From Azolla caroliniana (taxonomy: Eukaryota > Plantae > Polypodiophyta), in assembly GCA_043228905.1 (NCBI GenBank), contig JBHGNT010000007.1:13826001-13890000 (forward strand): 64,000 bases of DNA. Direction: 5' to 3'. The translations under genes were made by a program, and so were the position numbers. Of this stretch, positions 23,621-36,138 are shown piece after piece. Numbering within the stretch: position 1 is the first letter of the stretch; each line of letters opens with the position of its first letter. The notes below the pieces were generated by a model that was not told where the DNA came from, did no database searches, and saw only the letters and a program-made list of their open reading frames with translations.

Positions 23621-26569
23621 ATGGGGGTTCCTAACGAGAGTGAGTTGTCAAGTAACTCATGCATATCTGAAAGAACTAAGAGACGAGTGGTTCTTCACAT
23701 AGTTCGTTATTTGGTAGAAATAACGAAGAGATTTAGTGAAGAGGATCGTAGGGATATTATTTGTAGAGTGTTACACCATCAAAGTTTGAATGAAGACATG
23801 GAGAGAATAAAATTTAGGGACCAATGTGTTTCAGAAGAGATTGTGGAGTCTATGAAGTCATCCCTAGACTTAGTGAAAGGTGTAGAGAGCTTAGACAAAC
23901 TTGCTGCAAAGAGGGCAGCCCTACACATGGTTGTGAATGGTGCGAGAGAAAAAAAATATAGTGATACTAAAGTTGCCTTAGCCCTGGGTATTCAAAGAAG
24001 GAACTTGAGGAAACATCGCCGAAATATACACTCAAGCAAATTCAAGTGGCTGGGGTCGGGACGTAGACGGCGATGTGATGCCTTATCTCAAGAGATTATT
24101 GAGAAAGTGGATTCATTTTGGGCCAAAAATACGCGTGTCTCACCAAATAAGAAGGACGTGTGTAGACAACGAATAAGTCAGGGTAAGTACCAGATTCACC
24201 CTAGACACTTCTTGGAGATGACAGAGGTATTCCATTTTTTTATATCAATTCACATTCCATAACTTTGTGTTTTGACCAAGTGTATATTAATGTTTGCTAT
24301 ATATATTGGTTGATGTAGGCTGAATTGTACATGAACTTTAAAGACCAACATCCAAGCTTGACTGTCGGATTCCGCAAGTTCCAAGGTTTGAAACCATTTT
24401 ATGTTAGAAAATTAAATGAGAGGAATACATGTTGTTGTGTGTACCATGTGAAGATGGACATGTTAAGGGTTTCTGTGAATGCAATGCGTACTGATTCTAA
24501 GGGTATACATGGGGAATTATGTGTCTGCACTTGTGAGATTTGTAGACCAAATGGGGAGGATAATAGGTGTAATGCACGAAACATGACTTATGCATCCGTT
24601 TCTGAGCTATGGAGGTCTTGTGTTTGTGAAAAAGAACCATCATGTGAGTGGCATCGTCGTACATGTCTATTAAGAACATGTAAGGTTTGTCTGCTACCAT
24701 TATTTTGTAGGCAGGAGCTTGATATGGGAAATAGTCATATCGTGAAATGGAAATATTTGGAGTATGTGACTGAAAATATTGGCAAGGGAGTTGTAACTAA
24801 GCGTATCAAGGAAGTATATAAGGAGACATGTGCTGCTACCCTTGTCTCAGAATTTAAGAAACAACTTGGGGAGTTTATTCCACATAACTTCCGGAGTTAT
24901 TGGCAAAATTCACAGTTCAAGGAATGTATTAATAACTTACCAACGGGTGTCATTGTATCCGTTATTGATTTTGCAGAAAACTATACATTTAAAGTTCAAA
25001 ATGAGGTTCAATCAATGCATTGGTACAATGATCAATGTACAATACTTGTACATATTTGCTATTGGAGGCAAGACGGTGAGTTACATAAGAAATCAATATT
25101 TTACATTTCAGATGATAAAAAGCATGATACACTATTTGTTCAACATTGTTTTAAGCTTCACCATGCAGATTTATTTTCTCTAGGGTTAACCTTTAACCGT
25201 CATTGGGTTTGGTCTGATGGTGCTGCCTCGCAGTTTAAGGCGGCACGATCGTTCTACTTTATCGCCAGGTAATTTTTAATCCATATGTTTAATACTTATC
25301 ATGCAATGTGTAAGGAAGTAAATCTTGTGTTAGTGGATGCATACTAATTATGTTTGTAACTATTAACAAACAGTACTAGTCACATCGATGCATACTAATT
25401 ATGTTTCTAACTATTCGAATCTTGCACTTGTGAATGGATGCATGCATACTAATTTTGTTTGTATTATGTTGTACTAAGTAACTTTTAATCCATGTGAAGG
25501 GTTCTCCATAGACACATTGTACTATGTTGTGTGTTGTATCTGTACTATGTTGTGTTTACAGGAGGATATAAAGTACTCATCTTGTACTCATAGTATTGTC
25601 CGTCCTTAAGAGAATTGTACTAAATCAGAATTTACTCATGTTGTACTCATCGTATTGTACTCATCTTGTACTCACCAAAGCAGGTATTTCTCCTTATTCA
25701 TTATTCGTATGCAATGGAATTACTTCGGGTCTGGACATGGAAAAGGAGAGCATGATGGCGCGGGGGCTGTGATCAAACGTGCCCTTACAAGTGAGCAGTT
25801 GGATAATAATGGCGCTAAGTTACAAAATGCACATGATGTTGTGCAGTGGCTAACATGGAAGATGTCAAATGATGGTAAGAACAGATTGTTTGTTGAAGTT
25901 CGCGCTGATGAGGTCGATAGAACTAAATCATATGGTTGTAAAACCGTGAAAGGCACACGCAGCACCCATTGTGTGTTAGGGTTTAGCCGCAAGGACACAA
26001 CCCAATTGTTACTCCGTAGTTTATCATGCTTTTGTTCCATGTGTCTAGATGAAGCTTGGGATAAATGCATCAACCTATCAATCGTGGAGCCCTGGAAGCT
26101 GCAGAAGCTTGAGCCTGAACTACAAGATGATATTGAAGAGGATGTGCATTCAAACGATATTGTATACTACAACCAAAATCAAGACTTGGCAGTTTTATTG
26201 GAAGTTGGAGATCATTTTGTAGTGCTCAAATATTCTCAGAATGAAGATTTAGAAGACTACTACATTGTGGTGTGCAAGCAAGGAAAGACATTATTGAAAG
26301 AAGTGGTGAGGGATGGTTGGGGCAACAATTTCAACGTTGGTGAGTCTGTCGTGTATGGAAACTATTATGCAAAGTTGCCGTAGTGCAAGAACACATATGC
26401 ATTACTAAAAGAAGCACCCATCGCAATAATCTACGCTGATGCCATTCTTGCGATCAAATTCAATATGACTCAAGCAAAGCACAAGGTTAAGGGATACAAC
26501 ACTGTCTACAAGGTCCCCCAAGAGGTTCATGAGCACATATTAGGGGAGGTCTCTCTATTTAATGCTTGA
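23621..26569 (+). CDS. Sola2-type transposase, 3 exons (23621-24226, 24319-25268, 25684-26569), one in-frame TAG at 26381-26383
   Basis: GT-AG introns join in frame (LEMTE|AELYMNF; FIAR|YFSLF); motifs VIDFAENY, EVQSMHW, SDDKKHD, WSDGAASQFK, YFGSGHGKGEHDGAG; Cys-rich zinc-binding segments. Start codon uncertain. Confidence 0.85.
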
Positions 26570-26714
26570 AAGTCACCCTATCAATACATTGTACTAGAAA
26601 ACTGAAAAACATCCACTTGGAGTTCACTATTAATTTTGATGATTGACAAATGAATTGATATATTTCGTCTTTCTTCCAAAGGGTTTATGCCTCTCAACCA
26701 CTTGTACTTATCTT

Positions 26715-29700
26715 TCATAATATATTAGTTGTTATCAACAGGACTTGGATTTCTTCATTGCCGATATTGCTCATGTTTCCTGATGTTATTTGAGCATAGG
26801 AGTTTTGCAGAGTTGGTGTGTCCTCTGTTGGCACATAAATCTGCTCTTCTTTTGCTACCAAGAGAAGATTGTTAGTTGAATTCATTAAAGACTTTAATAT
26901 TGTAAGATTTTCTACTATAAGTTCATTTTTCAAAGGGGGCGATGAATTCTGTGAAGACAACAATGAAAATTATTCTCTCAGAATCCTTTTTTGTTTCATG
27001 ATATGTCCTGTGAAGCCATCTGAGTTTTTACTTCTTGTATATAAGTCCTGAATATCCAGGCTATGGATTTTAAAGTACAAACCTTCCTTTCCTTAACAAA
27101 ATAATCCAACTTCTGAAACAATAATTTGTGATAGCTCAAAAAGGTAAGTGTTTCCTTACTACTGTTAGTGGATGATTCATCCTTTGGGATGATATCATCA
27201 AAATATGGCCCACATTGCTTCAACAATTTGCACACATTCTGGTTACCATCCAAATGGGATTGATGAAACAGTCTATACTTCAGGATATCTTCAATAACAC
27301 CCGATACCCGATATTTTCTGTTTCTCATCATCAACACCTAAAAACCTAAATTTTCCTAGCAAGCTAAGAAGACTTTCAAGCATTTTATCTACAATAGACT
27401 GAAAGACTTTGCGAGGATTAGGAGATGATCTCAAAAAAGAAACAAAACGTTGTAAAATAAGAATACTTAGATCAAAAAGTATATTCCCATTGTTTTTGAT
27501 ATATGTTGATGAGCAAAATATAGAAGCAATCCTTAAACATGAACTTGATTTCACACTGGTATAACTATTTCAGATTCATGAACTGGATTTTTTACATTGG
27601 CAATTGAAACAGTATTTTGGTATCCAAATAGTTCAATTTCAGACATCACTAACAACTAAAGTTCAAGTACAATCGAAAGACAATCAGGCACTAGAGGGTA
27701 ACTTGGCCGATCTTGTAATGCGCTTGTTGTTGGTGCCAGATTTTTCTGATTTTACATTCTTCTTTATCTTAAAGCCTTTAGGTATGAGCTGACTAACTGA
27801 CACTTCATCATCAGAGGCATCAGAGACAGGCGTGGATGCGCGGGCACCTTGTACTGGTGACAAGCTTGAGAGAGCAACTATGTTTTCTGCAACTGCAATG
27901 CTTGTACACAAATCCACAAAGGCGCTGTCGATAGACAAATTATCACTCATCTCCTGAATGCTTGTACTCCTAGCGATCTTTATTGCCCTATCATCATCAC
28001 CGATGCCTATACACTCGTTCTTATTAGACTCCTGTTTGTGGACCGTGGCAGTAGTCATGGTCAACTCCTCTTGTACGATGGATGTCACCTCATTCTTAAG
28101 ACAACGTTGTTCGCTCTGAGTACAATCAGGCCCACCTTCATTAGTAACGTTGTTCGCTCTACACTCCTCATGGGATTCTGTACAATCAGGCTTATCTTCA
28201 GGGAAAGCGATGTTCTTTCCACGATCCTCATGGGCTTCACAAGACACTACTAGCACATTCTCAGTACAATCAAGCTCCTCTTCATTACTAGCAATGTTCT
28301 TTCCATGATCCTCATGGGAATCTTTAGATAGTACTAGCACATTATCAGTACAATCAGTCTTCTCTTCAGCACTTGCCACATTATCAGTACAATCAATCTT
28401 CTCTTCAGTACTTGCCATATTCTTTCCACACTCTTCATGGGCTTCAATCTTCTCTTCAGTACTTGCCATATTCTTTCCACACTCATAGGCTTCTTTAGAC
28501 ATAGTGTTGTTTGTACATGCCAGCTGCTCTTCACATATGAATGCTTCGTTTTTCTCACAATCCTCATGTGTGGAAGATTTGCTTCTAGAGTCTGCCTCCT
28601 TGCAAAGGTTAATTTGATTCTGACTCTGATGGGAATCTGATTCTGCACTTGTGCTCCATGAAGTTCCCGATTCATTTGATTGCAGTTGGGAATCAGACTG
28701 CTCTTGTAAACCTAATTAATGGGATTCCAAAGAATATTGGTATGAACTCACATACTCAAAAGTTTGCAAACAATGAACATAGGGTTTAGGGCCACATTTT
28801 TACCTAATGTTACATCGTCATACTGTACAGCCGTAGATACCCCATTGCAAGTGGTGGGCTCGGTCATCTTCTCCACAACATCTAGGTGCTCAACAGTGTT
28901 GTTATGATCTATAATAACAACAAGAATAGGGTTGTTATGAGCTAAATCATTGTTTTCAAAGTCTGGCTTTTGACGTGTACCTGGGAGTGTGATAAATTCG
29001 TCTTCATGATCAGGTTTTGGACTCGTATCTCCGTCACCAAATATCATTTCATCATCAGCTAGTAACACAAGTACATGGTATTAGACAATGGATTAGGTTG
29101 ACAATGCTCCAGACAGGTGAGAACTTATATGACTCACCATTGCATTCAACTTTGCCTTTCTTGCCGTTTCCATACAACATTCTTGCAGCATTTCTCTTCT
29201 TACTGGGCTCTATTTGTAAAGAAACTGCATTTCTCTTCTTAGTGGGCTCTATTTCTTGATGTTGACCGGAGCTTGGGGAATTTGTTTGTAGAAGCATATG
29301 TTCCACTGCTCCAATGGCCCTTCTCATACATTCATCCTCATCATAAAAATCATAGGTTATTGGTAATGATGGTCCCTGAACCTTGGAATGTGCAGCAGAT
29401 ATTGAGGGTTTAGGCACAGGGGCTGGTTGTTCCATTACCTTCCCTGGAGTGGAGTTGCTTGACACTACAACATTCATTGCAAGAAACAAAAAAACCTTGA
29501 ATGTTAGTACCATCATCTAAAATATATAATGTAGGTCACAAGAGCTGCTTCCCATTTTACACAATGTACCAGTCATGAACAATGTACTACTCACATAGTT
29601 CCTAAATTATTGAACTAGTACTAATAAGGAACACTGTACTGCTCACTTAATTCCCAATTTACACGATTAGTACTAATCATGCACAATATACACAAGTAGT

Positions 29701-32488
29701 ACTAATCATGCACAATATACTACTCACTTAGTTAGCAAATTACACAAGGAGTACTAATCCCGAACAACGTAATGCTCACTTAGTTCCCAATTTACACAAG
29801 TAGTACTAATCATGCACAATATACTACTCACTTAGTTAGCAAATTACACAAGGAGTACTAATCCCGAACAACGTAATGCTCACTTAGTTCCCAATTTACA
29901 CAAGTAGTACTAATCATGCACAATATACTACTCACTTAGTTACCAAATTACACAAGGAGTACTAATCCCGAACAACGTAATGCTCACTTAGTTCCCAATT
30001 TACACAAGTAGTACTAATCATGCACAATATACTACTCAGTTAGCAAATTACACAAGGAGTACTAATCCCGAACAATGTACTGCTCACTTAGTTCCCAATT
30101 TACACAAGTAATACTAATCATGCACAATATACTACTCACTTAGTTACCAAATTACACAAGGAGTACTAATCCCGAACAATGTAATGCTCACTTAGTTCCC
30201 AATTTACACAAGTAGTACTAATCATGCACAATATACTACTCACTTAGTTAGCAAATTACACAAGGAGTACTAATCCCGAACAATGTACCACTGACTTAGT
30301 CAAATTACACAATTAGTACTAATCCTGAACAATGTACTACTCAACAATGTACCACTGACTTAGTCAAATTACACAATTAGTACTAATCCTACAAAATGTA
30401 CTACTCACTTATTTTCTAGATTACTGATCTAGTACTAATAAGGTACAAAACTAGTACTAATAAGGAACAAAGTACTACTCAGTTCCCAAATTACAAAACT
30501 AGTATTAATCATGAGCAATGTACTAGTAACTTAGTTCACAAAGTACAGAACTAGTACTAATCATGAACCATGTAGTACTTACTAAGTACTAATCCAACAA
30601 ATGTAGATTGGTATTTTGCACACAAGTAATACTAAACATGATATGTCTTCTACACACCTAGTTACATAACTTGTACTAATTACACCAACAGTATTAATCT
30701 TGAACAGTATTAGTACTAAACGTGATATGTGTTTGACACACCTCATTTCCAAATTACAATAATTGTACTATTATTCAACAATTTACTATACACCTTGTTC
30801 CCAAATTACATTACTAGTACTAATTCCCAAGTTACACAAACAATCTTAACAGTCAACAGTGTACTATAAGTATAGTGTTTACTAAACTAATACTAGGCAA
30901 GTTGCAATATAGATTGGACGATGTTTTACCTGGTTCCCTTTTAGTACTACTAATTGTGGAAAATATCCCTTCAACTACACATACCAATTATATATTAAAA
31001 GTACTGCCAATACTAACCCACATAATTAGGGTTCCACATAATAGTTGTTAGAGATTACACTAAATTTGAAGTATGAATTGTGGCATACACTAGTTCTAGT
31101 CCAAATGTTAATTGACATCATATAATACAAACAATAGAATAGTAGAGCCACATACCGTACGGGTGTACTTTTAAACCCCAAGCATAGTACCACTCAGCCG
31201 CAATTGTAGTTTTACAGTCCATACATGTATTCTCTTTCTCAAAATGATACTTAGCACATAGCACATGATATGTGTGCAAGCATGGTGTAATCACAACATC
31301 CATAGCCTCCAGCTTGAATCCGAGGCCACAAAATATACACCTGGAAGATTGCAAACACAAGTTATAATATATTAGTTGCTCACTTATTTATACCAAAGAA
31401 GTAGAAATAAATAACTTTTAAAGCCAATACCGTGATATAGCTATACTAATAATGGTACTTTCTATACCACTTGGGTGCTCAATTACAGATGGACACAAAG
31501 TATCAAAACCATTTTGTTTTAAATCCTGCATCAAGCATGCAAGGTTCTCAGAATGCAACTTTAAGGCTGACAACTTATTATCTATTTCTTCATGTGCATT
31601 CCTGCAAGTATCAAGGTCTCTCATCTGTGAACCTAATTGAGTGCCCATATTGTTTAGCTCTTTCTTCAACTCCTCTTTCAACACCTCACTTTCTGAATTT
31701 TGGATTGTCGATGCAATCCATTCATATGTAGTTTTTATTGAAGAGAATTTCTTTTCTGCCTGTATCTCAGCTGATTTAACTGCTTCCAAATCAGCAAGTA
31801 GTGTTTGTATTCTTGAGCTCATAGAAGCTATGCAACCGGCCATCATCTGTTCATGCTTTTCAGTCATTGTGGCCCGTACCTTTGCCTCTAGAACTTGGTG
31901 GATAGGTGTTATAGCTAGAATATCCACATGAGAGGTTCCAGATGACTTCAAGCCAGTGTTGGTACTGGAGGACCCTTTGTAATGTTCTGACCGGTGCCGA
32001 TTAAAATCTTCCCAATTTACGTCAATGCCACCTTGAACTTCGCATGCAAAAGCACGTGCAAAAACAGTACCCACCTCATTGTTAGTGATTTGATTTGTAT
32101 CATAAACATGTTCGTATCTCGTCTTCAATAAATTCATGTATTCCCTCTTCAAACCACTTATGTGGAATCCTCGCCTTGTGTCGGGATGTGCTGACCCCCA
32201 GGTTTTTAACAACCACTCTCTCAGCTCTGGATACACGTCAGGTCGTGCTCGAAGGAAATAATTCCATCCAAGAGGTGTGTCTCGACTGATGGAGTGGTAC
32301 ATCTTCTTTCTCTGTGTTGATGAATTCATCACCCTTTCTCTTGTGGGTGTCTTCTTGCTTTCTTTCATGGGTGTCCTTCTTCCTTCCTTCACTGGTGTCT
32401 TCACTTTCTCTTTCATCAATGTCTTCTTTATGGGTGTCCTTCTCGTCATTGTCCTAGTCAACACAATTCTCAGGGAATGAATATGCAT
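26715..32488 (-). CDS. putative multi-exon cargo gene(s): basic N-terminus, coiled-coil, RING finger, acidic repeat region; partly degenerate
   Basis: Co-oriented ORFs 31418-32488, 31118-31360 (CIFC...PCLHTYHVLC...CMDC), 29055-29516, 28748-29068, 27684-28502; exon structure unresolved. Confidence 0.6.
29570..30560. repeat. AT-rich ~52-bp (104-bp dimer) minisatellite, AGTACT-rich
   Basis: Alternating AGTACTAATCATGCACAATATAC and AGTACTAATCCCGAACAA units, decaying at edges. Confidence 0.9.
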
Positions 32489-33475
32489 GTACTAGAAGAA
32501 AACTCAAGCAATTACCATCAACACATAGCAAATCATCTCATTGCATGTACAAACCATGTCAAACACACAATAACCCTAAATAGTCGGAAAAAAACTCATC
32601 CATGTCAAACACACAGACAATAAAAACAGACGGATAGGAAAGTCAAAGAAAACGAAAACATTGTAAATCATCATAGCCAACTCCATCACATCGCATGTAC
32701 AAGCCATGTCAAACACACAAAAACCCAAAATAGTTGGAAAAACACTCATCCATGTCAAACTCACACAAAATAAAACAGATGGACAAGAAACAAGAACAAA
32801 ACGAAAACATAGCAACTCATCATAGCCAACTCCATTTACGTTGCATGTACAAACATTTCTAACACACAACCACCTCGATCAAAATATTTTCATACATTTT
32901 TAAAAGAAACACAGAGAAACACAGAGAAAACAAAAACATACCAGTTGGGCATGCAACACATAGACTATGAATAATCAAACCCTAAAAATGACCATACACA
33001 TGCAAATAAAAAACAGATAGACAGGAAACATTCAGAAAAAGAAAACATACCAGTTGGGCATGCAACACAGAGAATACCTGGAGGTTGTACAACTTGCAAA
33101 GGTACCAGACCGTGTTGATTTCGACAAACGAGGCTGCTGCAGAGGAGACAAACGAGCATAGACAGAGGAAACAAACGAGCATACACAAGGAAGGAAAATC
33201 AACAACACATACAACGAGCAGGGGAAACAAAAATCTTTGCGTTCAGAGATCGAACCTGGCACAGAGGGGAACACAAGAACAGCTACGCGGGGAAACAGAG
33301 AATCGAAGGTGGAGTGAGAGAGAGAAACAGAAAGAAAGAAAGAAACAGAGCTTTGAAAGAAAAAAACAGAAAGAATCGAAGGTGGAGTGAAAGAAAGAAA
33401 CAGAGAGATAGACCTGTAATAGATATGTCGTCTTTCTTTAACTTTCTGCCACTGTCTGTCTGACAACTTTGAGAC

Positions 33476-33478
<3 letters not shown>

Positions 33479-33538
<60 letters not shown>
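33479..33538. repeat. (GA)n microsatellite
   Basis: Direct reading. Confidence 0.95.
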
Positions 33539-33541
<3 letters not shown>

Positions 33542-33885
33542 CTGAGAGAGAGAGACATACCAATTGACACGTTCGACAACCCATACCAGACAGAGAGAGA
33601 GAGAGAGAGAGATATTGAGACTGACCAACTGTCACAATGGATACCTTCTCCAGGTGTGCTTTCGTACAACTCTACCTAGGAGACAGGGGCAACAATTAAT
33701 GTATTAAATATGGCCTAGGGACATTTCGAGTGTGACGTACAATATCTTTGTGCATTCGAGTGTGACGTAATGAATTTGTTTTTTGTTTTTTGAAACTTAT
33801 TTACAATTTTTAATGTTTATTTTCTTCTTCGATTTAGTACTAAATTTTTGGCCAAAAGTTGGTACACCGTAGCATGCTTCGACCT

Positions 33886-35316
33886 AGGAAAGTTGGCTAA
33901 TTAAACGACCGAGCAACTTCATGGAGCTTGCCCAAACATCAAAGTCACCATTGGAGATGTGCTAATGGAGCAACATTTATTTATCCAAAAGACCTCGTCA
34001 TACCCAGTGATTCTTGGTCAACCATACATCACATCTTCTAGGATGGAGACGAAGGTGCTTGAAGATGGTTCGGCATATGCTAGGATTCGAAGAACCAATG
34101 GTCAAAGAAGTGTTCAATTTCTTACTGTTAGGCAGGAGCATGATAGAAATAAAGAGGAATTACGAATTAACTCATGTGAGCATCATATGTCATCTTATGA
34201 GTCGCATTTTTAAATAGGATCATTGATTGGCAGGGACACAATGGTCCCAAAGCTTTTCTTTCCTTGCAAAAATGTTTTCCAATTAATAAAACAATCAATA
34301 CTTTGTCTAATACAATGGATGGATTTACCTACTACTTTGGTGTGGAAAGTCATGCACAAAATAAAGGGAGCAGGAAGATGTTGGATGCATTGTGCACTTC
34401 AGGGATGATTGAAAGGGATGACATAATTTCTGGTATGTTTCTTGAATATTCAGATGTGGATACAGTCAAAATATTAGAAAATTGCTTAAATGAGAAAAAA
34501 TGCGACAAGAGATTTGTTCATGTAAATTCTGTTGATATGTACCTTCATATTGCTGATTTTATTGAAAAAAATGGTTGTATAGCTAATAGTGAAATAGTTG
34601 GCAATAGCTATCATTAAATGGCTAAAAAAGCAAGTAAAAATAACCATGCAATAAAAGTTAACACTAAATATAAAACAATAGACAAAAAGGTCAAGGCCGT
34701 GGCCATGCATCTACCTATGGATAGTACTGAAATGAAAAAGAATGTCGCGTTTGAGCCAACATTGCAGGATTCTAAGGATATTGGTCATAAGTTTTCAAAT
34801 GCTACTCTAGATTAATTAAAAATTGGTGAGAATGATTTTCTTTTGCCTGTTGAGATACAATGTTTTCGAAATTTGATTGCTAGTCATGGGAAAGCATTTG
34901 CATTTGAGTCGAGTGAAATTGGTTGTGTAGACCCAACAGTTGTGGAAGCAATGATTATATTTACAGTTCCGCATATTCCTTGGAATTTAAGGCCTATCCT
35001 TGTTCCTCGGGCCCAAATACTGCAAGTAATAGTTTTGCTTAAGAAAAAAATAGAAATGGGTATCTTGGAGCCATCAGATGCCCCCTACTCGAATAGATGG
35101 TTGATTGTACCTAAAAAGAACGGTTCATTAAGGTTCATTCAGGATTTGCAGCCTGTCAATAGAGTTACTATTCGAAACGTCAGTGTTGGACCGATTGTAG
35201 ATGCCTTTGCAGAAGCTTTCGCAGGAAGAGCTATATATTCCATGTGTGATTTGTATTCAGGATATGATCAATTTCCGCTTGCTATTGATAGTCGTGATAT
35301 AACTACTATAAGAACA
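33886..35316 (+). pseudogene. element D pol: PR C-terminus to RT N-terminus
   Basis: YPVILGQPYI; PYSNRWLIVPKKNGSLRFIQDLQPVN; DLYSGYDQ. Confidence 0.88.
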
Positions 35317-35657
35317 TGTAGAAAGCAGCGTGCGGAAGCAGGTATGAAGACCGAACAGAAGGAAGGAAACTCAGGTTCAATGGAGAGCTTGTGCTTACAC
35401 GGTATACGCAGGAGAGTCTGTACATAAGACGTGCTCAGTGAACACTTTTATACAAGTCCTAGAAGGACTGACCGAAGTACTAACAGTACTTCAATGCTCA
35501 TCAAGAGCTCCTACACTAACTCCCAAATATATTCCTCACGGAATATCTTTCCTAACGACCTCCCGGTTTACGCACTCGGCCTAACCGATCGGTCCCAACC
35601 GATCCGGTCCTCGGCTTCTTCAGCCGATCCGGCCGATGTTGAGCTTGTCTCTCAACA
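35317..35657 (-). repeat. 3' LTR (341 bp, 54-bp internal deletion relative to 5' LTR)
   Basis: Direct comparison with 40528-40922. Confidence 0.95.
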
Positions 35658-36138
35658 CTCCCCCTCAAGCTCAACTTGAGGCTCTTCGGGATCCTCGGGC
35701 TCACAACTCCGGTTCCTCCTGGCTTCACGCCTCGCTCACGCTCCTCGACCTGTTCGACTCTGCGCACTCCTCGACCTGTCTGCTCATGCGGCCCTTACTA
35801 GCTCTTCTGCTGTTGCGGTGTTGACGCTTCTCCTGTTGCCTTTTCTTCCGCTTGGGCCTTGGTTGATTCAGCGTGTCTGAATCAAACATCCAAACCGACT
35901 TGGCTACCTCCGATCGGTTTTCGCTCTCGTCCGAGTTGGCTGTCTCCAACTCGTCTTCGATCTTCTCGCCTTCGATGGCATCATCTTCCCCATGCGTGGT
36001 TGGCTTCGGCTCTCTCCTGCGGTTGCTCCCCTTCTGTCTGCTTCCGAACTTTTCCGCAGGTCCGCCCTCGGCTTCTTCTGCCGATCCGATGTCGAACTTG
36101 TCAACCGACTCGGTGTCGCGGTGTCCGCTCCGTTCCTG

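Larger units (their letters stand above)
22436..33885 (+). mobile_element. Sola2-like DNA transposon, 11.45 kb, with cargo
   Basis: 26-bp TIRs (22436-22461 and 33860-33885, 24/26 match); 4-bp TSD AGGA (22432-22435, 33886-33889); 5' GGG terminus; DDD transposase. Confidence 0.88.

Noticed and set aside
33032-33669. SLSLSL-repeat ORFs (also ERERER ORFs at 60619-60972)
   Set aside because: Translations of GA/CT microsatellites.
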